From the NCBI RefSeq assembly GCF_964204645.1, contig NC_134028.1:23680345-23744344 (forward strand): DNA of 64,000 nt, in the 5' to 3' direction. Below the pieces are notes generated by a model. The model had not been told where the DNA came from. It was given only the letters and a program-made list of their open reading frames with translations, and searched no databases. Source of the DNA: Tubulanus polymorphus (Eukaryota; Animalia; Nemertea). Numbering within the stretch: position 1 is the first letter of the stretch; each line of letters opens with the position of its first letter. This document shows positions 51,201 through 60,520 of the stretch, in pieces. The position numbers and the translations under genes were made by a program.

Positions 51201-54200
51201 TTATCAGACTTCAAATTTAAGTCCAATCATAAGCATTTTCTATATGGACTGCGCACAATGCTTTATCACCCTTGCTGAATGATGGCAAATTTAATATGAA
51301 TTGAGGATTGAATTCAGCTTATCATACGCACTAACGAAATTATGCAAGTAATGGTAGGGAAGGGGGTGTAGTGGATCTTTGCTTGTTGATTTTTTGGATC
51401 ATACGCATGCTGCCTGCTGATAGAACTAACTTCATATTCTGTAATAGAACTAATCAATGCATGTCCTGTATGAGTAAATAAGGGGTGAACCTATTTTTGA
51501 TGGTGTGAAAGACTAGAAACTACTTGCGAGTGAACTAGTAGTCAACGAGCAGTAAAAATGGCGCATCTTGTATTTTCAAACTTATTGTAGCATGTTTCGC
51601 TTTAAGTGGCCGCATTTTATCAAGCTCATAATTTTCAACTGTCTCAATGTTGTGCGACATTTCATTTAAATATTCAAATTGTCTTAAACATATATTTTCT
51701 ATTTTCTGTGTTTGTGAATGTGAAATTACTAAAGATCGATTTATGAAATTTAACATATTAATTTTTGGTCGAAGATTTACGGATAGGTTTGAGTTCTGGA
51801 TATGACTTGATGATTATTAAGGAATGTATATGTATTTTTATTTCAGTACCTACCGCTCCACCCCAGTCAGTCAGATGTCGCGTTAAAGGCTCCACTGAGG
51901 TTATTTGTCTGTGGACCCCTCCCCCGATCGACGCACAAAATGGAGACCTACTCGGATTTAAGGTAAAACTATTTCAAGATAGGAATTTCCTGGGTCCTGT
52001 TTTAGAGTTCTCTGTCAGATTTGACTCGAGGTTTGAAACATTCGAAAAGAACTAATCTTAAGACTATGTAGAGTCTTCTTATCCTCCCCTGGCAAGGATT
52101 CAAACATCCGGGTTGCAAGACTCAGCATGAACCACTGCCTGTTTAGCTCAAATGCACAGGTTTGACGCACGAAAACGTGCTGCGCCTACCAGATTGCGAT
52201 AAGTGGAAAAACCCAGGCTAAAATTTAAAAAATCTTTGATTGGCTAATAATGACATCACTGTAAACCTGTGCTCTTGCACTTTCAAGACAGGGATTCATG
52301 CCTTCAGTGAGTCTTACGATGCTGTCGGGTTCAAATCCCAAAAAACGGTGTCGTTTGATATTTTTCATTGTAAATGCTCGATCTATTATTCAGGTATATT
52401 ATTGGGCTGTGAATATGAGACGTCGTCGTAAACGCGTGATTTCTAAAGGATCACAGGTGAACATGCAAGCCGTACCGGCCACTGAGAACCAGGTGATGTT
52501 ACAGGGTTTGAAGAAACACACGACGTATCAAGTGGCGGTGCTGGCTTTCAATCCAGCTGGCGACGGACCAAACAGTACGATAATTACTATCACTACACTG
52601 GAAGGAGGTAAATAAAACTGATATCAAAATAATAGAATACCCTATGAAAATGCATATCAAAATAATGATGATTAGAAAATTTGTTTTGTCATTGCTCAAA
52701 GTTGAATAAAATTTGTCTGGAATGTTTCAGTGCCTTCTCAACCCGGACCACTAGTATTCACAGATATACAGATGACTTCATTGAACGTCAGTTGGACGCC
52801 TCCTCGCGAATCAAATGGCATTATTACTCATTATATGATTAGATACTATCCGGTTGAAGAAGTGTCAGGTATGAAATAATAGCCGCATTCGCACTATCAG
52901 TAGTTGGTCCTTTCTTATTTGGTGACCTGGATCTTCCTTTGGCCGTTTTATAATTGAACGGACCAATTAAGACCGGACTTTTCACTAGCGTGAATGTTTG
53001 GTCCATTCTAAATTAGAACTGACTAAGTTATAGAACGTTCTGAATAACGTAGTGTGGGAGGATGCGACTATCTGCATCATTTTTGGTGGTAATTGTCTAG
53101 AATTGTCAAAAATCTAGAATTTTGGTCTTAATTGTTTTGTTCTTACTTAATCAGGTGTCGTTACAAAGACCGAGTTACAAGTCTCCGGAGATGTTCATTT
53201 CTACCTGGTCAGTAATCTAGAAGAGAATATCCGCTATACGTTCACCGTGCAAGCGAGGACTCAGGTCGATTGGGGTAAATCGGTGAGCGGTAACGTGACG
53301 ACCGGACCGCAGTCGGGATCACCGGGACCGCCGAGTCGACCGACCGCCGTCATGTCGGACACGTCGGCGACGCTCAGGTGGAAAAATGGCGAAGAAGGAG
53401 CGTCTGCGGTGGAGGGTTACATTATTCAAGCGAAACATTCAGGTAAGACTTTTCAATTATCAGCTTTTCAGGGCACATTTGCACATACATAAGTCCATCA
53501 CTGGTCTTAGTAAGAAGGTTGTAGACTGCTACAAGCCCCTAATGATTAACTGCAGCATCCATCCCCATATGACATCATCATATTGCCTATTTTCGTGTAG
53601 GTTTTGATACTATTGAGGCAGTTAGAAAATTAATCTAACAATATTAGATGAAGTACATATTGCTTATGTTATGTTTTCTGTTATTATCAATAGATGTCAC
53701 TGTGGTAGTGATGCCATCATTCCTCGGAATGTGTTGATACGATCGATGTCTATATTTCAGGTGGTGATTGGGAAACTATTCTACGCACTGAAGATCCGGG
53801 AATGAGTGCTGTGATCAGCTTCTCCAATCTGAAACCTAACACTAACTATACATTCCGCGTGATCGCAATAAACGACCATGGAATCAGCGCACCTAGTCTC
53901 GGCGCATACAGTCTCAATACACCAGGTACCTATATACCTATAACATACCCTCTGATACCCTCATTGCCTCTCTTCACTCAGGAGTAATTAGGGGGTTACC
54001 AGTCCTCGTAGATGAGTGTTGAGTGTCTCCTGGGAGATGACTGTTGAGAGCTGCACGTTTGGGGTAATAACTTAAGAGCAAAAATATGAGTGTCATTAAT
54101 TGTAGTTATGGACACTGTGTATACTCCTAAACATCATTAGGAAATGTATGTCCAAGGTCTTGATACCCAGTTATTTACTAAATCAGTCTCTCCTGATGTG

Positions 54201-56894
54201 GCCGAGAATTCAATATCCTATTACCATCACTAAAGACATCCTCCTTAAGGTTTTAACAGTAAAACAAATGGTTTTCATTTAATAATGTTGACTATTTTCG
54301 GGTATTTTTCTGCACCTACCGAAGACTGCTTTGCAATTGAGCTATTTCGATGTAAGATATGAAATTTGTTTATCGTATATGTAATATACATAAATTACTA
54401 TATCAAACATGTTCTATATTTATGAAAGTTCCTATATAGTTGCGTATGCCGGCCTTTTGTCTACTAATGTGCATTGAATTCATAAGTGTCCGTCATCAAA
54501 ATATTTAACCTTTGAATGCTAATATGTGTTTACAATGGCATTATAAATGATATGCAATTTCGATCACTTTGTTGACATCAGTTTTTGTCTAGTTTGCATA
54601 ATAAAGGATGAAGCTTGATCGAGCAATAGCTCTTCTCAGTCATTAGGTTACTGGGTTACCAGCAGTATTGCATGTTCAACTAATAACGTACGAATTGACT
54701 TGATATTAACCTATTATAATACAATATACCAATCTTATATAGTTTATTGTTAAAATCGACAAAACTCGTTAATCAACACTCACGCATAGATTTCATTTGT
54801 CCTTTGTATTGATATTTTTATTGATTGCCAATTAGGAAAAGAAAGGCAAAATATTCTGTTAAAGCCGCAGATGGCCTTTAGTAATAGATTGATTAAGTTT
54901 CAGATAAAAACATACCTAATCAATCCCTTAAAGGTTTTGTGTGTATGAAAACCCAAGGAAAATTCACTCAATCCAGAAAAATCGGAGATTTTAAGGCAAA
55001 TGTTAGAAAAAATTCTATTTTAATAATTGCAGATTTCAAGCAAGTTCCGTTCTATCAACAATGGTGGTTTTTGATTATCGTCGCTTTGACGGCGCTGATC
55101 GTGATTATAATTATAGTTTCCGTGCTCGTCATAACCGGACGAAATAAACGACACAAAGGTTTGTTTCATATTCACTGGATTTTGAATAGCGGCTGCGGGG
55201 AGGTCGAGATACCGAAATACAATAATCAGGGTGTTCACTTACTTGGAAATCAGGGAAAAGCTAGGGAATTTTCATTTCTTTAAGATAGTCAAAAAATCTA
55301 TATCTTACGTATTTGACTGTGTTAATTGATTGGATCCTTAGCACATCGAGTCAGGGAAAACAACGTGCATAGTCGAGGAAAAAGTGAGTCAAATAACCCT
55401 GATAATATGTTTTGATTTTTTTTTTTTGCCAGCTAAACAAAAGAAGCTCGGGATGTATCCACGCATCGAGGACGGTGGATTTTCCACGTTTCAGATGGAT
55501 CGAACCCGGCGTACAAGTGGAAGTACAATGCCTAATGGTACTTTAACGAGACCACCTCCTAAATATCCTAAGTACGTAACACAGTATAGTATAGTATAGT
55601 AGTGGTAGTAGTAGTAGTAGTTAGATACATGAGTTAAATTTGACCCTTTCATCCTTATTGCATTCTACATTGCGATCGCCTGTTGTCGCAAATCTGCAAA
55701 TTTAGATTTAGTTCAGGGCCCGAAACATAGAAATCTTTACATAAAAGGGGTTTTTAGTGAAAAGTTTGTCGGAAATAGTAACACCTGAATAAAGTTGAAT
55801 GTATTGTTAATGTTATATATCGTATTGTTTATAATGCAGAAGAAAACTTTTCTGGGGGCATGAAATTGCTATAGCACCCTCGGTACCGGTCAACTCAATT
55901 TTACGGAAATTTCCCAGATTCTTTTTGTCATGGGATTGAAAATGAACTACCAGTAATTTTGAAGTTTGAAATTTAACCGAAAACTTTTGTTCTCTTCGAT
56001 GATAGGCCGCCGAAGTCTAAATCAGGTTTATCGACGTATTCCGATGAAGATGATAATTACGCGAAACCACCGATATCATCGCACGGCAGTCACTGCAGCA
56101 GTATTACCGAAAAAATATCAGATATCGATTCAGATTCACAAGTAAGAGTTAACTATAAACATCTGTTCATAAGAGTACAAAAGTATTGTCACTATACAGT
56201 ACAAAAATATACAGTGTAGATTGTTTACACGTTTGCATAACAATGGTATTATTGATCTAACTGTACAGTCACCTTTTTGCTTTTTGCTTGAACTATGAAA
56301 GCCTTTAAACAACTGTTAGGTAATAAGTCAGTTTTGAAAATGGAAAATGGAAAAAACACCCACAGTTTGATGATTAAACTAACTGAATTTATTCTGACAT
56401 TTTGGAAGTTTTGACTAAACTTCATCATCAGAGATACGAAAATGATAAACAGACATCAACTTTGGGTTATTTTCATTAACTCTGAAATATTGAGATTAAT
56501 ATCAGTTTACCAGTTACCCAGAGAACTTTTGTAGTTTCTTTCGACTTTGGCTCATATTTTCACTTGTCCATAAGAATAAATCGGTTGTGTTTCTGAACGC
56601 TTCCTTATGACTCAAATCTTTAGGAAAACGACACGGTGATCATTGTTACATTTCGTATTTCAGATTAGCGACAGCGAACCGGACGAAAAGGGCGCGTACG
56701 CGTTCACGAATCCGTACGTAACGCGCGAGTCGATTCGAAAATCGTGGAAAGACAAAACACCGGCGCAAGCGTACAGTTACACGGACAGCGAACCGGATAA
56801 TTACGCGGCTAGCGTCAATATCGGACGGCCGATGAACTTACAGAACGTCGCCGGATCGCGAGCTCCTCTCACCGGATTCTCTTCGTTCGTATAG
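3206..56894 (+). CDS. sdk: Sidekick cell-adhesion molecule (signal peptide, 6 Ig, 13 FN3, TM, PDZ-binding tail); 33 coding exons, ~2136 aa from ATG 3206 (in-frame upstream ATG at 3134)
   Basis: All exons joined by GT-AG introns with matching phases; 6 Ig + 13 FN3 architecture; TM preceded by PFYQQWWFL; C-terminus SRAPLTGFSSFV* is the conserved Sidekick tail; FN10 ends YVGEA as in Sidekick. Confidence 0.96.
5636..6250. repeat. Minisatellite, 35-bp unit GAGACGATGGATTGAACGCGACGAGGACTGAGATT, ~17 copies
   Basis: GACGATGGAT recurs at 5741, 5811, 5881 (70 = 2x35); explains the three repetitive minus-strand ORFs. Confidence 0.95.
8778..9251. mobile_element. Short host MITE (TIR ~GG(A/T)CCAGTTCCACAGTT, CWG flanks) interrupted by a nested element
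   Basis: Both halves match the empty copy at 16518-16631. Confidence 0.8.
8806..9161. mobile_element. PIF/Harbinger-type MITE, 356 bp, 43-bp TIR, TTA target-site duplication
   Basis: TTA|AGCCTAGCGCACATCGACACTGCGATTGGAGACAACTAGTTGC ... GCAACTAGTTGTCTCCAATCGCAGTGTCGATGTGCGCTACGCT|TTA. Confidence 0.85.
15651..15892. repeat. Tandem repeat, ~82-bp unit x3
   Basis: GAATTGATTGTTTTTTT...TTCTAAATTCTACC-GTAGAACTATTCATATTAGTTTAGAATCAA three times. Confidence 0.9.
16518..16631. mobile_element. Empty copy of the ~114-bp host MITE (degenerate copies also at ~42307-42397, ~49985-50046, ~51989-52030)
   Basis: CAGGACCCAGTTTGACAGTT ... AACTGTGGAACTGGACCCTG terminal inverted repeats. Confidence 0.8.
18585..18851 (+). 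CDS. sdk: sdk exon 2: Ig1
   Basis: TTGCAG|GA...T|GTAAGT; C-x-A..P..Y.W.K.G and D.G.YQC.A.N..G motifs. Confidence 0.95.
18958..19145 (-). repeat. Tandemly duplicated ~69-bp B-box-containing repeat; related fragment at ~52080-52135
   Basis: CATC(C/T)TCCCTCGG..GGATT(T/C)GAACCTGA..CATC.CGAGACTC.GCCACA twice plus a partial third. Confidence 0.6.
19201..19473. mobile_element. piggyBac-like MITE; second copy in reverse orientation at 45850-46120
   Basis: Termini C(C/T)CTTCCAGTGC ... GCACTGGAAGGG|TTAA; internal similarity between the two copies. Confidence 0.7.
19531..19836 (+). CDS. sdk: sdk exon 3: Ig2 (cysteine-less)
   Basis: TTTCAG|AC...A|GTAAGT, 306 nt, phase 1-1. Confidence 0.93.
19941..20006 (-). 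mobile_element. tRNA-derived SINE head / decayed tRNA pseudogene (similar heads at ~17815-17876 and ~27636-27690, both minus strand)
   Basis: Minus strand A-box TAGCTCAGTGG and B-box GGTTCGAGTCC at tRNA spacing; cloverleaf stems broken. Confidence 0.55.
20290..20395 (+). CDS. sdk: sdk exon 4: Ig3 N-half (..PTIIIPPSDTIAVQGDTAVYFECVINAR)
   Basis: TGTAG|AT...AG|GTAAG, phase 1-2; not in ORF track in this frame, translated by hand. Confidence 0.92.
20603..20853. mobile_element. MITE family with CAGGGTGGCCAC-type termini (hAT-like); relatives at ~24732-25016, ~26060-26310, 55227-55401; sister subfamily at ~23117-23270 and ~39849-40052
   Basis: Shared blocks ACCTGGAAATCAGGG, GAGATTGCTAGA, GTCAGGGAAAA, CAAATAAAAGTGGCCACCCTG; TSDs not recoverable. 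Confidence 0.7.
22177..22590. repeat. C-rich polypyrimidine low-complexity tract (CCTCCCC-like units)
   Basis: ~410 nt dominated by C/T with many C3-C5 runs. Confidence 0.9.
26826..27030. repeat. Degenerate tandem repeat, ~55-60 bp unit x3-4
   Basis: GACTG(A/G)TGACATCATAACCCTAGCTGACCAAT(C/T)ACT(A/G)GCTAGG recurs. Confidence 0.85.
28809..28941. mobile_element. MITE with perfect 28-bp terminal inverted repeat; decayed reverse copy at 31190-31312
   Basis: CAGGGGCCGGTTGCTCAAAAGTTGGTTA ... TAACCAACTTTTGAGCAACCGGCCCCTG. Confidence 0.88.
30802..31031 (+). CDS. sdk: sdk exon 5: Ig3 C-half
   Basis: TTCTAG|G CCG...G|GTAAGC; DAGIYGCKA. Confidence 0.94.
33602..33761. mobile_element. AT-rich foldback/MITE-like element with ~30-bp inverted termini
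   Basis: TCCCAAAATAGAATTTTATGCGAT(GAT)AAAATG ... CATTTTATCGCATAAAATTCTATTGTGGGA. Confidence 0.6.
34836..34986 (+). CDS. sdk: sdk exon 6: Ig4 N-half
   Basis: CGCAG|TG...AA|GTAAGT; LSCEANGTPTPRIYWYMNG. Confidence 0.94.
38601..38847. mobile_element. Older Harbinger-like MITE family (AGCCGCGATCAC-type termini); relatives at ~16950-17200, ~44097-44224, ~63265-63588 (reverse)
   Basis: Shared GGGCCAAATCGTCT, GTTCACA-GGGTGCCAAATGG blocks; termini AGCC...GATCGCGGCT. Confidence 0.6.
39706..39833 (+). CDS. sdk: sdk exon 7: Ig4 C-half
   Basis: TATAG|A...C|GTAAGT; DAGMYQCLAFNQAG. Confidence 0.94.
40148..40264 (+). CDS. sdk: sdk exon 8: Ig5 N-half
   Basis: TTTCAG|AT...G|GTACGT; FTCEADGAPKPTITW. Confidence 0.93.
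40773..40931 (+). CDS. sdk: sdk exon 9: Ig5 C-half
   Basis: TTCAG|GA...G|GTAAGA; DSGPYKCIANNDKG. Confidence 0.93.
41348..41620 (+). CDS. sdk: sdk exon 10: Ig6
   Basis: TTTCAG|TA...G|GTTGGT; DIGEYMCKVTSVSGNDSRSA. Confidence 0.95.
42073..42213 (+). CDS. sdk: sdk exon 11: FN3-1 N-half
   Basis: TTCAG|AG...G|GTACGT; WIPGFDGNSEI. Confidence 0.94.
42450..42638 (+). CDS. sdk: sdk exon 12: FN3-1 C-half
   Basis: TCCAG|GT...C|GTAAGT; LLPARTYQFHVSAVNSVGEG. Confidence 0.94.
42975..43387 (+). CDS. sdk: sdk exon 13: FN3-2 and start of FN3-3
   Basis: TTTAG|CT...CAG|GTATGT; PPSGPPIGVVGSPRS...VNGINQ. Confidence 0.94.
43734..44043 (+). CDS. sdk: sdk exon 14: FN3-3/FN3-4
   Basis: TTCAG|GGT...G|GTCAGT; LKKYTQYNVTLLCYT. 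Confidence 0.95.
44343..44905 (+). CDS. sdk: sdk exon 15: FN3-4/5/6
   Basis: TTCAG|GT...ACT|GTAAGT; 563 nt open. Confidence 0.96.
45294..45522 (+). CDS. sdk: sdk exon 16: FN3-6 C-part
   Basis: TTTAG|CCA...G|GTATGA; LEEWTEYEI...RTRES. Confidence 0.95.
45608..45723 (+). CDS. sdk: sdk exon 17: FN3-7 N-part
   Basis: TGCAG|CT...AAG|GTATAA; APSAGP...QNGRIAGYK. Confidence 0.93.
45850..46120. mobile_element. piggyBac-like MITE copy 2
   Basis: CCCTTTCAGTGC ... GCGTTGAAAGGA; reverse-complement similarity to 19201-19473. Confidence 0.68.
46202..46394 (+). CDS. sdk: sdk exon 18: FN3-7 C-part
   Basis: TATAG|GTT...A|GTAAGA; LRKYVQYEIQVLAFTRIGDG. Confidence 0.95.
46768..46962 (+). CDS. sdk: sdk exon 19: FN3-8 N-part
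   Basis: TGTAG|AA...G|GTTAGT; PGPPSKIYFPDVTY. Confidence 0.93.
47052..47444. mobile_element. Second host MITE + nested Harbinger-type MITE (47081-~47397), insert in opposite orientation, right TIR deleted
   Basis: Interior is the reverse complement of 8806-9161; same TTA|AGCC junction. Confidence 0.85.
47779..47880 (+). CDS. sdk: sdk exon 20: FN3-8 C-part
   Basis: CTTAG|GA...A|GTAAGT; LKQETTYVFGLKARTSSGWG. Confidence 0.93.
48073..48274 (+). CDS. sdk: sdk exon 21: FN3-9 N-part
   Basis: CATAG|GA...GG|GTAAAT; DGYSYIRNYTVQY. Confidence 0.94.
48697..48772. repeat. Tandem repeat, 22-bp unit GTATTTGATCCATGGCTATGAT x~3.5 just upstream of exon 22
   Basis: Direct reading. Confidence 0.9.
48808..48911 (+). 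CDS. sdk: sdk exon 22: FN3-9 C-part
   Basis: TCTAG|G...A|GTAAGT; LTPHTKYRFRIAACNDIG. Confidence 0.94.
49023..49093 (+). CDS. sdk: sdk exon 23: FN3-10 strands A-B
   Basis: TTCAG|AA...GAG|GTACGT; VTPLTTTSVRVTWE, ends phase 0. Confidence 0.93.
49258..49489 (+). CDS. sdk: sdk alternative exon 24A: divergent FN3-10 strands C-G (candidate mutually exclusive exon; or terminal exon reading to TAA 49560)
   Basis: CGCTAG|CCA acceptor phase 0, G|GTATAA donor phase 1, 232 nt open; FN3 hallmarks GYYLEFR, YTAYQFRIAAHNEIGIGSWS. Confidence 0.8.
50894..51119 (+). CDS. sdk: sdk exon 24B: canonical FN3-10 strands C-G
   Basis: TTTAG|CTG...A|GTAAGA, 226 nt, phase 0-1; NGDLQGYRVFYR...VYVGEA. Confidence 0.94.
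51847..51962 (+). CDS. sdk: sdk exon 25: FN3-11 N-part
   Basis: TTCAG|TA...AAG|GTAAAA; PTAPP...QNGDLLGFK. Confidence 0.94.
52394..52607 (+). CDS. sdk: sdk exon 26: FN3-11 C-part with RRRRKR loop
   Basis: TTCAG|GTA...G|GTAAAT; LKKHTTYQVAVLAFNPAGDGP. Confidence 0.94.
52731..52868 (+). CDS. sdk: sdk exon 27: FN3-12 N-part
   Basis: TTCAG|TG...G|GTATGA; PGPLVFTDIQMTSLNVSW. Confidence 0.93.
53155..53442 (+). CDS. sdk: sdk exon 28: FN3-12/13
   Basis: ATCAG|GT...G|GTAAGA; NVTTGPQSGSPGPP. Confidence 0.94.
53761..53925 (+). CDS. sdk: sdk exon 29: FN3-13 C-part
   Basis: TTCAG|GT...G|GTACCT; LKPNTNYTFRVIAINDHGIS. Confidence 0.93.
55033..55158 (+). CDS. sdk: sdk exon 30: transmembrane exon
   Basis: TGCAG|AT...G|GTTTGT; PFYQQWWFLIIVALTALIVIIIIVSVLVI followed by basic residues. 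Confidence 0.95.
55433..55571 (+). CDS. sdk: sdk exon 31: cytoplasmic
   Basis: GCCAG|CT...AA|GTACGT; EDGGFSTF, RPPP. Confidence 0.88.
56006..56141 (+). CDS. sdk: sdk exon 32: cytoplasmic (YSDED..SSITEK motif)
   Basis: GATAG|G...CAA|GTAAGA, phase 2-0. Confidence 0.9.
56664..56894 (+). CDS. sdk: sdk exon 33: terminal coding exon with PDZ-binding motif
   Basis: TTCAG|ATT; AYSYTDSE ... SRAPLTGFSSFV*. Confidence 0.96.
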   Translation: MSDSEPDEKGAYAFTNPYVTRESIRKSWKDKTPAQAYSYTDSEPDNYAASVNIGRPMNLQNVAGSRAPLTGFSSFV

Positions 56895-57436
56895 CCAGCG
56901 CTCCGTGCAATAATCATTACATGAAATTATTACGTTAAAGTATTACTTGAACTCAGATGCGCGCCTTGATTTCTCCACCATATCACCGAGGATTATTCAC
57001 GACAGAACGATATGACCGGATATGTAATTTTTTTTTTTTGTATTTTAAGAACGGAGATTTGTTGCTGATCCGTTCGAACGTAGGGCAACCTTTTCCTACC
57101 GAGTATCTGGTCACACCAGAGATCTGTAAATCATTAGAAGTAGATCTTTCGAAATCCTTTTTATAAACGCTGGAATATCTATTGGATTATGAATGAATGA
57201 ACAGTAGTAAAAATGGGAGATTTTTCCAGTCTGTTATTAAAACGGTGCCCTAAATCTTAAATTCTCTAGGATAAACACGTAAATCGATTGAACTGGATAA
57301 TTCAATCAGATTGATAAGATTTGAAAGACCCACTATATACATACAATTAATAATTTAATAAAACTTAGTGTTCAATGTTTAGTTCTATAAGGTGCTATTG
57401 TTGTTTCGTCATATATTTTTTGATATTATGAATATA

Positions 57437-57437
<1 letters not shown>

Positions 57438-57475
<38 letters not shown>
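57438..57475. repeat. (TA)n microsatellite in probable sdk 3' UTR
   Basis: Direct reading; (TTA)n also at ~18131-18177. Confidence 0.9.
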
Positions 57476-57478
<3 letters not shown>

Positions 57479-60400
57479 CGTGTTTTGTGTTTACCGGTAA
57501 TTATTATCATCATTATCATCTACACTTTTATCATGTATAATATATCATGTAATTATTTTGTGTTTTTTTTTTTGTAATAATTCGAATGAATCGTCTGAAT
57601 GATTCATCATTAAATGATTTTATGTATGATCTACGATGGCGATTCCAGACCCGGTTGAACAGTTCTCAGCGAGTCAATTTGTTTATTTTCGATTTTAAAT
57701 CGGAAGTTTTATTTGAGATCTGTAGAACAGGGTCGAGTGGAGAGCTGTATTTCACTAGAGAGATTCGTTTTATAAGCGCAGTCATTATATTGTAAATTTA
57801 TCTCATTTTATCTACACAATTTAGTGTCCAAAACGAAGAATAGAATTTCTTCGTTTAATTAATAGTAAGATTTTAAAGAGCTTGAAAATGATTGTGAAAT
57901 TTTATTCCCCTCGACTATGCGTAACAACATTGTATATTTTTTTCTGATAGCAGCTGTTGTGGTCGGTTGATACTGCTTCATTAAGCCTATGACAGACGAA
58001 TTGATTTTCCGCTGATTTGTGCCTATATACAGCTCGCCCTGTCTGTCACAAAGCTGGTGTGTGAAATCGCATTATTTTGCCATCAATATACCTGATAATA
58101 CATGCGTTCATATAATATGGATCATGTTTATTGAATTTTCATTCTTATTTCATTCGTCCGATGTTAGCGCTTTTAAATTGGCCCCATTTTGCTTTCACGT
58201 GACAAATCCTTGAAGTTCTGAATTCTAATGATTTCATTTTATGTTAATGAAGTATCATGTTTTAAATTCGTCAAGTGAGTGTTGTAGCTCTGAAACCATG
58301 AAGTAATCATACCCTGCAACTTTCACAGTAAACGTGGCTTAACTAAGGTTGGGTTTGATTGAGTTTTATTGAGTTCGAGATTCAAAATCGATCGGTATGA
58401 TAATTTGTCTAATGGCTTTTCCAACATTAGCCAATTCAATAATGTCGAAGAATTTTATGTAGGGAATCGGAAAATTGAGCGAGTTTTGAGTCGGTGAAAA
58501 GTGATCGTTGAAATAACAATAGGAATCGTTTGAACGTCCGATTGAGGTCTTACGACGAGCTTTCTGATCATCCTTCCATTTTCTTTGCCGTCCATCGCGT
58601 TGAATATTGTCGTTACTCACAAGCCTTGAATGATGATTAAAACATGACTGGGATTATTATTCGTATACAGCGTGGATTACGTATAGAATTATGAATAACA
58701 AATAAATAGATTTCACTTCTTTATTCACCATCCTCATTTCAATGTACATGAATAAGGCTGTATCGCCATATTTCATATTTGCATCATTCTCCGTTCGAAT
58801 ATAGCATTCCAGTTAAAATGTAAATTAAAATCTTCTGCGTTTCTGATGTTCACGATTAAAAACTGAAGAATTATTCGTTGAAATTATTTCGATTTCAGTT
58901 TCACGAAGTTGATAACGATTAAATTGCTGCATCGTTTATTTAAATGATTATTGAAAATTTATCATTTTGCTGCATGAATCTGAAAACGAAACTGAAAATT
59001 TTTTATCTGTTTATTTATTACGGCGTGAAAATGAATGAAAAAATGCAATGTTCGGTAAACATGTTTATGAATAAATTAAAACGTTTCTTATTATCCGCAT
59101 TTGCGGAATTAAAACTTGTAGAATGATGATTGTTGAAATACCGTATCGAGAACCCTCCTAAATCTGATTGCACCTCCCTCTAGTGGAATATCCCCACACT
59201 ATTTAACCTTCCAACGATAAGTTATTGTTTGCAGTTACATATGTTATAAAATCTCATTGTACGTTGATGATGATTACATGATTTAGATGATAGTTTACTG
59301 TCCATACACCCTGGTATTATATCATTCGTCACTAATGTGGCTCCCCCTGGTGTTGATGGATGGAAGCTGTAAGGTTACCATAATATGTAAATAGAAATGA
59401 TTAATCAAACGTGTACAGTTCCTGTTTTGTATATCTATTTTTCAAAATAAATTATTATGAAGATCTAGAGTATATATTTGTGGTTGTTATTTTTCGACGA
59501 ATTATCTTTAAACTCAACAAGTACACATTTCATGGTGTTCGGTTCCAATTTGCCAAAATGATGCTTCAATTCGAAAATTCACGAAATCAACAAATTACAG
59601 CTGGGTTGTTTTATGTTAATTCATGTACACCGGAAAGTTTTCAGAACTATTTCAAATTTCAAGGCCCTTAGTTGTTAGAAAAATAATTTCATTCATTTTC
59701 AATCAGGAGGATTCGAACCGAACGGCATAGAGAATCGTCAGGATGTATTTGCATAATGTGCAGTTGGGCTGAGAAAAAAATATAGTAATTGAACTAAACG
59801 TGACTTATGAGGGACGATGCTAAGCAACTATATGTGCCCATATCAACACCTGTTACACCTGTCAACACCTGTTCAGTCTGATGCCATCAGATTCGAAGGG
59901 TGTATACTGCCCTCGGTAATTCTATTGAATTGAATGCAGTTTCTAGACAATAATCAGTGAGATAACATATTTAACATTTATTACTATCATCTGGTGCAGA
60001 ATGAAATGGAAGGAACGACACATTATAAGGATTTCTAATCGAAACTGCAATGCATCAGTACATGTATTATAGTTTCTGGTCGTGTTAACTAAATAACCAG
60101 TAGGCCTATTATGCTTTGAAACCACTAATTAAGTCTAAACTGTGTATTTTTGGGTCTGATTTCAAGTTGTGGAGTTGAGCTCCAGGCCTGCATTAGCCTC
60201 TGTTCCTTTTCGAGGAAACTCCTTCAGGAAAAATCCCTCGAAGGAGACCTCCACTGCCAGTGTCTAAAAAACTGTTGTCAATCAGAATTCCGTTCTTTAG
60301 AAAATTAATTCTATTTCTAAATGGTTACTGAGCGTTTAAGAGTAAGGAGGTGGGCGTGTGATAGTATGTAGTAATAATGGTAAAAATAGTAACCACCTGT

Positions 60401-60489
60401 CTCATGTTAATTACTATGCGTAAGAATCACACACTTTGGCGGCAATTTGCGTTCACGTAGGTGCTTCCTGAAGTTATTTTTGAGACGAG

Positions 60490-60520
60490 CGGTGACGTAT
60501 CTCAACCGATATATAAAAAG
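60490..60520 (+). promoter_or_regulatory. TATA box with adjacent CRE-like site, probable promoter of the GTPase gene
   Basis: TGACGTA 60493-60499 and TATAAAA 60512-60518, ~620 nt upstream of ATG 61134 (a 5' UTR intron is possible). Confidence 0.45.

Noticed and set aside
53694-53737. Alternative acceptor (AATAG|AT) upstream of exon 29
   Set aside because: Reads into TGA within 14 codons and has no phase-compatible donor
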